Shown piece by piece: positions 1 to 13,818 of a stretch of DNA of 64,000 bases (positions within the stretch are counted from its first letter, which is position 1; every line of letters begins with the position of its first letter). A program made the translations under genes and the position numbers. The DNA lies in the NCBI RefSeq assembly GCF_018977255.1, contig NW_024704742.1, positions 105,092,001 through 105,156,000 on the forward strand, read 5' to 3'. The DNA is from Callorhinchus milii (Eukaryota). Under the pieces are notes generated by a model that worked only from the letters and a program-made list of their open reading frames with translations, had not been told where the DNA came from and searched no databases.

Positions 1-280
1 CAAAATATTTAAATTATAATGTCCTCCTTCTTTAATGGCATATAGGGCAATGCATGACAATTTGTTTTTAAAATAAATAGCCAATAATATTACACAAACC
101 GTGCTGCAATATTATAAATATTCTGGATTCAATACTGAAGGAGGCCATTCAGCCCATTTTCTTTCGTCATCGTTTTCTCTTCCAAGAAGCCTTCCATTCT
201 CATCCCAATTCCCTGCTCTTTCGCCTTAATCTCGAACACCCTTCCCTGCATTTGTTTCAGTTTTGAGTCTTTCACATATT

Positions 281-700
281 ATAATATTAATCCTTGAATT
301 TGATATTGCGCCTTATCACATCATTGAGACGTTTCAAAGAGCTTTAGAGGATTTTACTGTAGTGTCTTGACTGTGTATTTGCAGACAAACGCAGTAAACA
401 ATGTCTGCACATTAATGCCCCATAAACGGCCATGAAGTGACTGATCAATTTTATTTGGGGGATTGCTCGGCAGCGACCGGGAGATGCTCCCTTCTCTTTT
501 CGACAGGACCATAGGATCTTTAACCTGAACCGGTAGACGGGACCTTAATTTAACATCTCATTCAAAGGACTGCAACTCCCAACATCCCCAGCACTTCACC
601 GAAGTGTCAGTTTAGACTCTGAGCTCAAAATCGCAACGTGGGGCTTGACCCACAACCTTCTAACTCAGAGGTGAGAGTCCTACCGGCTGAGCCAGGTTGG
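281..700 (-). mobile_element. Deu-domain tRNA-derived SINE (SacSINE1/AmnSINE-like), near full length, diverged
   Basis: Minus strand has a tRNA-like head (TGGCTCAG...GAAGGTTGTGGGTCAAGCCC), a central GAGATGTTAAA...CAGGTTAAAGATCC block and an (ATT)-type tail. Confidence 0.75.
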
Positions 701-2551
701 CAATAATAATTGTATAATTTTTTGTGGTGGCCACAAATAGAAATTGATGCTGGAGAAAGACAGTAGATATGCTGTTGTGAATGTCTGATATCACATGAAA
801 GCAGAATTTCTAATCTGTTCTGACAGTGTTGCTGTTTCACTTTGAGGCTTTCAGATGGAATAAACTTCAAATGTTGCAGTTCTGCTGCAAACTCGTAGAA
901 CACTGGAAGGTTTGCCATGTGGTGCTTTTTGTCTGCAAAGAAAGCCAACTATAGGCTGTCGTGCCTTCTTTTAAAGAATGACTGTGGGTTATAAAATGTT
1001 GGGAGGACTCACCGTGAAAGGTCATTTGTACAGTACAATTGTATTCTCCAATTACACAGACAGTGTTTTGTGATAGATCTGGTTGTAAAAAAAGTGAGTA
1101 TTTATTTCTGATCTGTATCTTAGTAACTGCCTTTTGAAAAGCTTGGTGGTGTGCGAACAGTACGTGTAGAGCACAGTAAAGCATAGGGTCATTGTCCGTT
1201 TCTGAAGTCACATCACAGATGCACAAGAATGGTCGAGATCGTAAGAAACATGAACATCTACTTCCAGCTGCAGTTGATAGACTGCAGAGGAGAAACTACT
1301 CACAAAAAGATAATTGTATCCAAATTCGAGTAAGATTTCAAACTGATTCTATCACATTAGGTGCAAAAGTACTTCCATTTTCCAGTTTAGCAACATGAAG
1401 GCAGCCATAGCATGAAATGAAACAATGTACAGAAAATGAAATGCTTAGGTAAGTACAACACCCTCTTAAAGAAGAGCCAAACCACACCAATTTAGGCCTA
1501 CAATCCATGGTAACTATTTCAAAGGATGACCTTTGACATTTATTTGCTGGATGAACATGGTCAATCAATCCCCATTCTAAAGCAACTTGCAACAGAGAAT
1601 AGAAATTGTTAGACAAGAACTCCTGCTTCCAGATTGCAAAGGAGAAACTAAACTCAAAAAAGAGAAAAACAAAAATAAAATCCTGAACATACAACAACAA
1701 CAAGATTCCATTTATAAAGCGCCTTTCACGTCAGGAGGACGTCCCAAGGCGCTGCACAGTTGGGTCATGACCCGAGCAGGGGGGAAATGGTCAGTGCACC
1801 TAATTACTCCAGCCTTTCCTGGGTAAATACCAGACATAAATTTCTTTTTCCCCCCACTTTTGTAATCCTGATCATTTAACTATAAGACCATTAAACATCA
1901 AATCTCTTTATACAAGAAGGCCTATCTGGTTTGGGTACTCCAAAGCGTAGCAATGGGTTTGTGCATGTGTCAAGACACAAGCTGATCAAAATAAAAACAA
2001 ATTTAATTAGACAAACATTTCCATCCAAGGGGTAGCGGACTCTGAAGGGTAGGACTCCGGGATGGAAATCTGGAGAGTGGGGGCAGTTCATGAAACTGAC
2101 CGATCCTTTTGCTACAACAACATTAATTCTAAGTTGCACTAGAGACACTTTATTCATGTGTCACAGTATTCATATAAGATGCCAACGATAAAACAATTTG
2201 ACTGATTTAATTAGGTTGCTTGATAAGAAAAACATTTAGCATGAAATGTGTCATTAAGACTTCTAAACAATAATCGTGGATCATCTCAGTATAGAAGCAG
2301 TGATGTTCAGAGCAACGCAAACCATCCACTGTGATTATCTGGACAAGAGAAAGAGACTATGCTGCTTATTAGACAGTATAGCTCCACTATAATGAAGTGG
2401 TTAGGATCCATAAAATCCCAAATAGTGCTACAATGGGGCAGGATGTCAGTTGCGCTCCTGTATCCCCTGGGCAAATTCATAAATCTTCTCCTGTGCTAAC
2501 TTGCTCCCTGCTTCAAAAATAACCAACATCTGGATCGTCAAGTCATAATAA
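613..2551 (-). repeat. Inverted duplication, copy 1 (probable donor)
   Basis: Reverse complement aligns to 43649..45479 at ~99% apart from a 102-bp L2 insertion, an 8-bp and a 2-bp indel. Lengths reconcile exactly (615..2551 = 1937; 1937-102-8+2=1829). Confidence 0.97.
1692..1793 (-). mobile_element. 102-bp 3' end of a young L2-type LINE
   Basis: One mismatch to the 3' end of the L2 ending at 31917; (TTG)n tail; absent from the paralogous site at about 44399/44400. Confidence 0.92.
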
Positions 2552-2664
2552 TTTCGCCCACAAATATACAGTCAATTCACTTTATAGTCAATTCTGTGAA
2601 GCGCTTTGAGACGTCGAGAAGACGTGAAAAGCGCTATATCAAATGCAAGGATTATTATTATTAT
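2552..2664 (+). mobile_element. SINE 3' tail fragment
   Basis: GCCCACAAATATACAGTCAATTCACTTT...CAAATGCAAGG(ATT)n shared with full-length SINEs in the window. Confidence 0.85.
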
Positions 2665-3639
2665 AACAGCCCCAATTCTGCGGAGACCTGTTAACCTGGA
2701 AGGCGTATTTTTATTCTAATGCGGCTATTTACTCTAATCACATTCTATAGCTCTTTGGCATTCCCTTCAATATTATTGTTCTTCGAGGATTTATCCAGTT
2801 TTCTTTTAAATGTTGCCACGGACTGAGCTTCAAAATGCATTTGTAGCAGGCCATTCCACAACCTTCTGTGTTTAAATAAAGTATGTAGCTGACAGCAATG
2901 AAGGTCAAGATCTGAAGGTTAAGGTCAATGCTTTATTCTGACTTTTTCCATGATTTCAACTGTGGGAATCAGGCAACTCAATTGCAACATCCAGGTTCTC
3001 AGAAAAACAAGAGTATGGTACTGCAAATAGCTGCACTCAGTAAAGGAATTGTCAATCCATAGAAATTAGGGAACAGTATTCGCATGCCTCTATTCCACTC
3101 GCTTTAGAAAATTAGGCATGAAAGGGAGATTTCTGTTACACTATAGTAAAGAAAGCAGAAAAACATTTCTAGCTAGACATCACTTTCAATTTCATTCAAC
3201 GTTTTCTGATATTAATGGGCTAAAATCAGAGGTTACTGTTATCCCTGTTTTCCCCTTTGCAAACATTTGCTTTTCATCTCCTCCTCCCTTTCTTCTTCCA
3301 TTGTAAAATAGTAAAATATGCAAAAGAGCTACATTCAAAAATCACTTCCATTTCTCCCAAAGATTTGTACATAAAATTCCTCTTTCAATAGGAAATGCCA
3401 CAGGCAATGTAAAATCACAACATAAGGTTACAATTTTGTCAATAGGTTTCTGAGTACAGAGACAATTTTGAGGTCTATAAACCCCTGTGTGCATTTTTGT
3501 GCTCATCAGATGAAGGTGGTTTGCACTGGTTAATGGAATTAAATTTGTTTCTACTTCCTACACCAAGCCCTCTCAGATATGGTTTAGAATGGGTTAAATC
3601 CAGGGTAAAGCTCATTTCTCTCTACTTTAACCTTGAAAT

Positions 3640-3878
3640 CTGTAGTTCCACAACACCAATCCCCATGGATCTCTCAGAAGAAGAATGAATGGCAATTTAG
3701 TGTCAATTAGTGTTGAACTGAGGGCAGTTTGTGTTGTAAACTTGAACCTATTGAAAATCTGTTTGACTAAAAACCCTCACAGCCAGCAGGAAAAGGAGAC
3801 TTTTGTGTTCTCTCTCTCAGCTGGATTCAACCCGAGGTCCAAGGGTTGAGAAGGCAGTTCTCTAACTCAAGGCACCTG
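3640..3878 (-). mobile_element. Old tRNA-headed SINE-like remnant
   Basis: Minus strand has GAGTTAGAG and a GGGTTGAATCC B-box-like motif; otherwise degraded. Confidence 0.35.
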
Positions 3879-4596
3879 ATTTCCTCTTTCCTTTCATTAA
3901 AAGTGCTGATTTTATATTCAGAAGACAAGTGTTAGTTGTAAATGAAATATTAATAGGGCTAATAAGTTACCGATTTTAATGTTACTCAACAGAAATCATT
4001 GAATGATTAATGGTTAACACAATTTACACGATTCTATTTCACCATTTAAAATTGTAGCATCCTTAATGATGCATTTCTACTTTGCTGTATTACATACAGC
4101 ACAATGTAAGTAATAAGCCTCAAACAAACTGAGAATTGCTGAACAACTGGAACTTGACAGTAATCCTGAACAATGGAGATGGTGAGGAAAAATGCTGATA
4201 CAAACTAAACATGAACAACATAGTATTTTACTTGCAAGACATGATTGTAGGTTAAATTTAGGATAGAGTGAGTGACACAGTCATTAAATACATTGTGCTG
4301 ACACCTGTGGGACCCATTTGCCTAGTCTTGACAGAATGAATGTCTCCTCTTCACAGCTGAAAATCTCTGGTATCAAAGAAACAGGAGGATTTCCAACGGG
4401 CACAGCATAAAACTGTCAACAATTTAGTGCGAGCCTGTGCCTTCTTAAGTAGCTGACCATGCCCCCACCACTTTCGTGTGTGCACTGTACCAGGGCTAGA
4501 GTGTGCAGGCCCTGGCCTGGTCATGGGGGGAGGGAAGCAGTGGATGGGAGGGGCAAATTGCAAGTGGACAGGTTTGTAAGAGGACTGACAGTCTAT

Positions 4597-4926
4597 GGAG
4601 TCCTGTAGCTCAGTGGTTAGAGCACTCGCTTTGCAAGTGAGAGACCTGAGTTCAATTCCAGGCAGAGGGCGAAACCTTTGGGCAAGTTTCCTTACTCCAC
4701 ACAGAGCCTAATAATAATCCCTCCAAAACCCAAAACAATAATAAATTGGTCATTTTCAATCTACGACTGTTTGTGGGACATTGCTGTGCACAATTGGCTG
4801 CCGCGTTCGCCCACAAATATACAGTCAATTCACTTTACAGTGTGTTCTGTGAAGCGCTTTGGGACGTCCTCCTGACGTGAAAAGCGCTATATCAAATGCA
4901 AGGATTATTATTATTATTATTATTAT
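4597..4926 (+). mobile_element. Full-length tRNA-derived SINE with L2-like 3' end
   Basis: A-box TAGCTCAGTGG, B-box GAGTTCAATTCC, tRNA-Ala(TGC)-like head, 3' stem-loop and (ATT)n tail. Confidence 0.92.
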
Positions 4927-5740
4927 GACTGAGCACAGGTGCTTGCACCCTTCTGTAGTTATTGTGTTACTGTTGTGGTTTCTCCCTCCCCCAAGAGATT
5001 ATACCCTTACAATTCTAATGCGAGGCTCTGTCAGTTGGTATCTGCCTGGCTCAGGGGGTCCGCCATACAATATATTGGGGCGTGGATCCTTGAATTAAAA
5101 GTGAACAATTGCAAATTCTAAATAATGTAAAATTGAATCACTCCAAAAATGTCCTTTCAGGCTGTGAGCTGATTGCTGAGTTCAGAAAAGTTAAAAGTGC
5201 TTGGGAGTTACTCACCGTGGTATATACCCTAAAATCATAGTTCATTCCCTGATCAAGGAGAATGTTGTCCATGGTCTGACCTCTTACTAACCCTTGCTTC
5301 CTTCATGTTGTGTCTATTTAGAACCAAGCGCTCTGGGACTCTATCCTGTGTGAGGGGCGTTTTATAAATGCAAGTTGCTGTTGTTGCAGAATCCTCGACA
5401 AACACTCTGTCCTGCTTCACCACAGTGAAATAATTCAATGGGGTCTTTGGGACATGACATATCACTGCTATCTGACATCATGGTTTACAAACATCACTCC
5501 ATGCCACCAGAATTGATTGTATAAGAAACTTACCACATTCAGATGCTTAAAACCTAATTCTTCAGAAAGTTGTACACAACTGTATTAAGCTATATTTTAA
5601 ATATGCCCCCATTATTTTCATGGAATTTATTTGATTTATCCGCCTAAAATGAAGTAGCGGTCTCAACATAATACACTGCATAGATATTAATATTAATGAC
5701 TGCAAAATCTCTAAATGTTATATTTTCAACACTTAATTCA

Positions 5741-5974
<234 letters not shown>

Positions 5975-6727
5975 TCAACTTGTTAAAGAGGACTTGCACA
6001 TTTTACAGCACTTCAATTTAAACTGACTGAAATGCAGATCAGAATTATTTTGTAGGAGTCAAGAAAGATTGATCATCATAATGCCCAAAAGATGAACTTT
6101 AGAACAAATTGACACTGAAATTGCCAAGCAGAAGAGTCATAAAAGAAGATGTTCCTCACTTGCAGCAGTGACACACAAAGCTTTTATCTACCTTTTCAAC
6201 TGAGTTATTGTATCAAAATAAAAGCAATGCATCTGTGACTTACTTATGTGAAAATTCTCTTGTTCCCTTCAGGGAACATTCCATTAAATGGTTAATCTTT
6301 TAAAGGTTATCATGCTACCAGTACAGAGCAGTAACATGATTACTAATACGTCATCATAGGCTCAATTCATTTTGAAAGTGAGCCAAAAACTGACACCAAA
6401 TCTACTTTGATCAATGGAAATGAAATAACATTGCGTCAAAACCAATTCACTCAACCTTCTCTGCTACAGAACTATGGTGCAGGGTGAACATCGCACAAAA
6501 AAGGGAGAGGGGAAGGAAGAATCGTATTAAAAAGATCAATATTACCAAAAAGTTTTTTTCCTATTATTCAAACATTGGTGAATAATTTTTAAAATTAAAA
6601 TGACCTTGCTCCACAGGACTTTTGATAAATTAGTTCACTCACTGTCAGCATGAATGAAAGGAGGAAATAGCTTTCATAGATATAAATGTGTTTTTCCTCA
6701 CTGCATATAGTCAGAACATAAAACCTA

Positions 6728-6844
<117 letters not shown>

Positions 6845-7560
6845 CTATAAAAAAACGTTCATTTAATCATAAAATACAGATATCTGAGATGGATGAAAGT
6901 ATCATACAATAAACACAGAGTTGAAAACGAGAGAAAAAAAAACATTAATCTGATGTTGAATTGACTTTAACAACTACTTTGGGGATTATGTCAGAGAAAA
7001 GAATGTCTACAGTACAAAGCAGATTAATAGTATGACTATTCCTAGCAAAAAAAAATTAACAAATGCATGGTTTATGATTAAACAGGCCATGATAATTTGG
7101 AACTGTAAGCCAACATTGAATTGCACATCCGTAACAAACACACAATTACTATATGGATAGTCAAACAGCAGCATTCAGTATTTTTCTCGGTCTATGAGTC
7201 ATGCACAATTTCCTAACTGAGAAGGTAGATAATGAAATTCTTCTCAGGATTCAGTCTGTTCTGCTCCCAAACTAGCTGGTATGCAAGTGCACAGGAGGGG
7301 CCCTCTGCTCATTCCTCTCATTTCACTGCAAGCATCCCAGTGGTGCTCATATGCAGCTCCAGGTGAGAGTGACAGTGTAAGAGCACACTGCTTGCCTGCT
7401 TCTCTATCCTGGAGGTCAGAGGAATGTTGTCTGGTTACCGAAAAAAGTTAAAGAACAAGATTACATATAATTTTTTTTACATTGGAATAATTCTAAGGTT
7501 GCAACAAACTGACATTTAATTCATACCTATGGGTCAATTGATAATTATTTTGTCACTTAC

Positions 7561-7617
7561 TTTGCCCAGTAATTCTGCAAGGGTTACATCTTCATGATTG
7601 AGAACCCATTTCTTGTC
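7561..7617 (-). CDS. FER: FER internal coding exon (57 nt, start of kinase domain)
   Basis: ctttggcatag|GAC AAG...GGC AAA|gtaagt. DKKWVLNHEDVTLAELLGK. Confidence 0.95.
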
Positions 7618-7904
7618 CTATGCCAAAGATAAAAGAAAAACATTTAATAACATAAAACATATACTATACCCAACAACATTTTTAATACAAATAGAATGAT
7701 GACCTTGGTGTGGAGGAAATATATTGGATGTCATTCAAAAAGGTTAAAACATTGCAAAAAATTTTAGGGAGAGGATTCATACAGGGAATACAATACCATA
7801 TATAGTGATATCATCTTCAAGAAACATTTTATTTTATAAATCACTTAAAACTATACTCTAAAGAGAAGCATGTTTCTCCAGGTTCACTGGCCAACAATCC
7901 TCCA

Positions 7905-8081
7905 TCTAAAAATGAGATTATCCACTTCATGGCAGTGTGTGGAACATTGCTGTGCACAAACTGGCTGCTGCATTTATCGACAAATTCACACTTACTACAT
8001 TTTACAGTAAATCCTGTCAACGCTTTGAGATATCTCAACAATCAGATAAGGCATAACATCAAATGCAAGACTATTATTATT
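7905..8081 (+). mobile_element. Diverged SINE 3' half
   Basis: TGTGGAACATTGCTGTGCACAAACTGGCTGC...AAATGCAAGACTATTATT. Confidence 0.7.
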
Positions 8082-8371
8082 GCAAGGTGACGGAGCTCTT
8101 TATCTCACTAACTAGGCAGTCAGAAGTCCCTTACTTTCCAGGCTTCACCTGGCTGTGCCACTTCCCATTCACTGGCACTAGTTAAGATCTATGCTTCTCC
8201 AGGAATATTTGAGCACAATTGAACTGGTGTAAAAGTAAATTGGCATCAATTCTTTCAATGTTTAGCTCCTGGAATTTCAAGTCAATAGTGTAAAATCCAT
8301 CCTTTTCCTACATTATCTCATACATATTTCTAATGCATAGTCTGAAGAGTACATCAAGAAGAGTACATTAG

Positions 8372-8675
8372 GAACTCTGCAGCTCGTGTCCTCTTCCACA
8401 CCAAACTCCGTGAACCCATCTCCCCCATTCGCGCCCGACTCCATTGGCTCCCTATCCTTTAGAGGATCGAGTTTAAACACAAGGTCCTCACCTACAAAGC
8501 CCTCCATGGCCTCACCCCACCCTACCTCTGCGACCTCCTAACCCCCTACCAACCCTCCGCTCAGCCGGCTCTGGCCTGCTCCACGTTCCCCGACCCACCC
8601 TCCCCACCATTGGTGGGAGAGCCTTCAGCCACTCTGCCCCCAATCTCTGGAACTCCATCCCCCAATCACTCCGCG
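8372..8675 (+). mobile_element. L2-type LINE ORF2 C-terminal fragment
   Basis: C-rich; encodes degenerate NSAARVL...LHWLP...LTYKALHGL motifs; similar to the copies at 31274 and 59970. Confidence 0.8.
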
Positions 8676-9167
8676 TCAAAGGATATATTGTATTCGATTT
8701 ACAGAACTAATACGGAAATTAGTAACATATTTTCACCTCCAGAGCTTTAGCAGGTTATTCAACAACTTGAAAGTTTCAGTTATGTGTATTTCACAAGTGT
8801 TAAGCTGAAGTTTATTTTAAATGCAAACAACCTTTTAAACCAATTTCTGAACACTATTTCCATGCCTTCGTGCTGCTAATAGGCAATCTTGGGTTCACTG
8901 CCTGCTGTTGCCACCTACTGAATGTAGAATGACTGGCTGCTGACAATCAGTAGGAAACAGTTAAGCTATTTTCTCACATATAATGGCTCTTCATCCAACC
9001 TGTGGTTTATTACTTCACTCCAAGGGTCTCAAAATTGACAATACAGCATGTATGTATATAACTCACTCTTTCATTTAAAATAAACTACCACAATTCTGCT
9101 TTGAATGCTTGAAAGACACTTGGTACGTTCAAAACAAAGCTGCATATTCACGCTTTCAACTGAACCT

Positions 9168-9622
9168 AACAACAACAACAAGATTGCATTTATAGAGCGC
9201 CTTTCACGTCAGGAGGACGTCCCAAGGCGCTGGACAGTTGGGTCATGACCCGAGCAGGGGGGAAATGGTCAGCGTGAGGGGAGGGAAGGGAGGGAGCGAG
9301 GAGGGGGTAGAGAGTCGAGAGGAGAGCTGAAGGCACGGTCAAAGAGAAAGGTCTTGAGACCGGCCTTGAAGGAGGAAAGGGAGGAGGCGGCGAAGGCACT
9401 GGGGGATAGAGTTCCAGAGCCTCGGGGCTGAGAGGCTGAAGGCCCGGCCACCGATGGTAGGGCGGTTGGGGCGGGGGATGTGGAGCAGACCGGAGCCAGA
9501 GGAACGGAGGGTACGGACAGGTAAGTAGGAGAATAGTAGGTCGGAGAGGTAGGAGGGAGCGAGGCCGTGAATGGTGAGGATGAGGATCGATCCTCTGGGG
9601 GATGGGGAGCCAGTGGAGTCGA
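9168..9622 (-). mobile_element. Young L2-type LINE 3' fragment
   Basis: LHWLPIPQRID / HGLAPSYLSDLL...GGRAFS..APRLWNS motifs, 3' stem-loop, (TTG)n tail. Confidence 0.92.
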
Positions 9623-12600
9623 TCATTATTGCAATTAAACAATTAAACTAAGTAATTAAGACAGAAAAAGAGTATAATATAATGGCAATTATCTACACTA
9701 ACTGAGACCGGTCCAATTATTGATCAGCAAACAGTGCGGATAATCAGACATCATACAACAAAATATTAAACTTCAATTTATTTTTTAAATAAGTTTACAA
9801 TTTTGAAAAGCATCACACAAAAAATAAGTTAGCTACAACAGTTCAATCAGGAGTTATGTTGCCACTGTATTACCACACTGTTTTCTCTCTCTCTGCCTCA
9901 CAACTTCACTCTCACTGATTGACTTTCTTTTTCTCTCCATCTCGGTTTTTCTCTATCTCTATAGATAGGAATAGTAAGTTTAAAACAACAGCCAGTTCAC
10001 AATGAATGTTTTGCCAGTGATATGGAAAATAACAGTAAGTACTGATTACTTTAAATGCTCTATTATAAAGGTGGTTGATGAATCGGGAGATATTTTACTA
10101 TTCTCCACCCAATAAAGTTTGAAAGTATGGGTCATTGCCTTTTTCTCTAGAATCAATGGTATCTCCAATTTATTCACTGCACGACTTCCAGCAGGCTATG
10201 GCATTTGTAAAAATGCAGTCTAGTTTGAAGGCAGAAACAGCAAGAGCAAGTTAATAGGTAGCAAAGCTTTTTACCAAACACTGGAAGATCCAGCTACTCT
10301 CCGCCTTCACCTTATGGTTTCCTAATTAAGTATAAATTCACACCTCGTAACTCCACTTCTTCCTGTGAATATGTTGCCACAATATAAATTAGTCCAGTAG
10401 CTTAGTGGTTAGAGCAGTCACCTTGCAAGCTGCTGGCACTCTGAATCTCCAAATAAAATATTCGGTTTTGAGACGTTTTATTCATGTGTAAGTTACTGTA
10501 TATAAATGTAAGCTGCGGTTGATTCATCTAATTAGAATTGTAATGCAGAATCCACAGCCTTGATGGCAGCACCGAAAAGCACAGCCATAATTTTTCAAAA
10601 TTGAAAAATGTGATTATGTTTTTGATGCTGGACCTTGAGTAATCTCAAGTAAGCTCCATACAGACTAGTTGATTGAAAAACACCTAAGAGGAGAGGCCTA
10701 CATAGGTGAGCTGAAGAAAAAAAGTCCACCAAATGTATCACCGAAGGATGGGAGAAAATCCATGCCTCAATGTAGTGACAGTGCCTTTGCAGGCATTGTT
10801 GCCACCAATTTATCATTTAGTTCTATGCTGTTAGCAGTAATGTGATATGTAAATACAGCAAAAGTTAACAAAGAGATACTTACTATTGTAAGCATTCAAA
10901 AANTTATCAAAGGAAACTCGCAGAGACTCATGGACTAATTTGCTTCAGGAAAGCTGCAGGTGCATGAAGGCCAAGGGCAGTGGAAGCAAGTTTTCGAACA
11001 AGTTTTCTTCAACATCATCGTTGGCAGACAAAGACTTGCTGGAATTTTGTTAAAGTTTGTCCTTGGTTTGCAGTTGGTGTTACCAACAATATATTGAACA
11101 GACTGGCGTATGTGGCCAATCAGATATAAAGAACCATAGATTTTTTGGTTATATCGGAGAAGAGAGAATGGACGAGCTACCCGTCATAATAATTAATTTG
11201 ATTACTAACCCATCGTAAGCATTAATTTGATTCGATGAAATGTATAATTTGGATTATGTGTAACCTTGCTAACCTTCTATTAAATTTTACCACTTAAAAG
11301 GAAATTTGTGTCAGTTCATACTTCACTGCAGGGTCATGAATTGAAACAACCATTACAACATGACTAAGACCCGACTGGCCGTTCTGCATAATAAATATAA
11401 TAAAAGGCTTATCTTAGGGAAATTTTCTCTTAATTAAGTTTGAATCCAGAGAAAATTCATATTGCAGAATTCTTCTACCTTACATTTGTTCACGATTCTG
11501 ATAGTATCTAAACACTCTTAAACCCATTATTTTGTAAAAAAAATAGAATAACATTTCACATAGATCATTGCACAATGTTATTTGGGATGTGTCTATTGTC
11601 TAAACAGAGGTGCTTGTGATCAGACTTGAACTTTATATTCAACTCCCGCAAAAGCTTTCCACAAAAATGTTGTAGATTTACCATACCAAACCATATTAAG
11701 TCACACAATGATGCTTATTAATTTAAAATACTTTTGTGGAAAATTACACATGATATGGGTGTATGAATAGAGTTCATTTTCAGATTGCACATATCTAATT
11801 GGAATGAAGTTCACACAGCAATCAAATTCACCTTGATTTTTGCGTCCATATCATTCTCTTTTGTTCTAGGAATTGGGTATTCTACACTTCCCCATCCATC
11901 GCTTTGTTTGAAAGCCATCCCTCAATCAGTCTCATTCAGCCAAAACACTGTTCACTAGCTTTTGCTACAATATAATCAACTGTGCACAAAAATGGACATT
12001 GCCCAATATTATGAAATGGCACAATATTTCTGTAAACTGGGAAACCCAATTCCCAACAGGATAAATTGGGCAAGTATTGAATTGGAAGGAGTTCAATGTA
12101 GTCAGGTAATGCACCTCTAATTGGCAAAGCAGCAGGATTTCCAACACCTTACTTAAATTGAATTTTGCAATCCTACTTTCGTTAGCAGATACAACCTACT
12201 AAAAACTTCCTGCAGAAAATTTTGCTTTGCATTAAAATGAGCCCATCACCTACCAAACCCCTAAACTTCTGAGACGATAAAATACATTCCTCAACAGAGC
12301 AGGAGGAGCTCAGTGGCTAAAACTAAATTAAATTAACACTGACAAAACAGCACAGCACTAATGTCTTAGTTCAACAAACATGACATTTTAATCAATATTT
12401 CATCTCAAAGATGTTAAACACTCTTTTATTGCAGTTTAATGTGTTGACCAGGAACCTCTGTTTTGACTAATGAAATGCTGACTAGATTGCTCCATTCACA
12501 GCAACACTGGGTAAACATTACTTGCAGTAGCATCACAAGGAATTGATGCCAATCACAATCTGGCAGACTGACCAGGTAGCATAATCCCCACTGGCCCTTT

Positions 12601-13818
12601 ACCTGTAAGGTAATATTTCACTGTTCCCCTTCCACACCAAGCACCATTTCTTGACTGAGCAATCACACTGGCAAATCTCAGCATTGTTGTACCTTGTAAC
12701 TATTCTATGTGTGAGCAACAATGATAAAAGCTGAGTTGCTCATCAATTTTATTTCATTTCGACACAATGCCTTTTCCAAGAGATCAGGAACTTAAGCCCC
12801 AGTTACGATCACTTAATGCATACTACAGAGAAAACCTGATACAGTTAGTGTTTACATAATGCAGATATATCCTACACAGTACATTTACCCACCATACCAG
12901 CAGCAAGTTTCTTAATTCTTTTATTATCCATTTTAATGCGATTTTTCTCGTCTATTGGACACTCTCATACCACTACCATCCTCGTAGATGACACGTTACT
13001 GGATTTCTGCCAATGAGCCTCCTATATCAGCTCCAAAGTGCGCGAGTAGAGTGTGTTGTTGTGCCTGCTAATTTAATTGTGCCCTAGCAAATGACGAAGC
13101 TGATTAAGATCAAAAACTTATCGTTTATCAATATTTAATGTGGTGCAAACAATACATTTTTTGGTTGAACAAGTCAAAAATTAGAAAATTCTGCATTACA
13201 TGCGTGCTGCTATATTATCATTATGAAGTATTAAGGACAGTATATTTTTACTGAAGCATCACAAATGATCATTAACTACAAAGAAAATGGCACAGTCTAA
13301 TTTCAGCTCAGAATTTTGGGACCTCAAGGGAGTATACAAGAAAAATGAAAATGGATGTATAATGAAATTACAGAACGTTAATCTAACTGGCATGCTTACA
13401 ATAATACCAGCTCATGACAGAAAATCACCATACAATATTATTCATACAAATGAGAAAAATCATAAGCTCGTCAAATTAGATGAAGAAATTACAGCTGTAA
13501 AATCCAGGCACTTTCTCCTGCTCTTTTGTTGTTGAGAAATGAGCAGCAACCTCATTACTTACATGGTACTACTCCCTCAAGCCACACAAAATTCCAAGTA
13601 GAGTGTGCACATATATCACCCTAATAATGTTACCAGAAGTTCATTATCCATAGTTTATATAATGAAGTATTCATGTCAGAAGATTTTTTAAAAATGCATA
13701 TCAGAAAATATTCATGTCAGAAAAACACTAGGGTTTTACAAAGAACCTGCAGCACTCCTACATTACAGTTTCCCGACATACATCTACTGAAGGTTGTGTT
13801 CATTTGGTTATTTGGTTA

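Noticed and set aside
625..2157. ORFs (107, 119, 68, 121, 88 aa) repeated almost identically at 44035..45467
   Set aside because: Identity is explained by the recent DNA duplication. No recognisable domains, they run through SINE/L2 sequence, and indels break them freely.
4597..4670. tRNA-like sequences (also about 10395, 14125, 28939, 38025)
   Set aside because: Most continue into SINE body and tail (10395 is only a short fragment) and lack a proper acceptor stem. They are SINE heads, not tRNA genes.
10903..10903. Single ambiguous base n
   Set aside because: Assembly ambiguity, not biology.
11114..11130. CCAAT plus TATAAA promoter-like motif
   Set aside because: The boxes are only ~4 bp apart, which is non-canonical, and there is no supported downstream exon.
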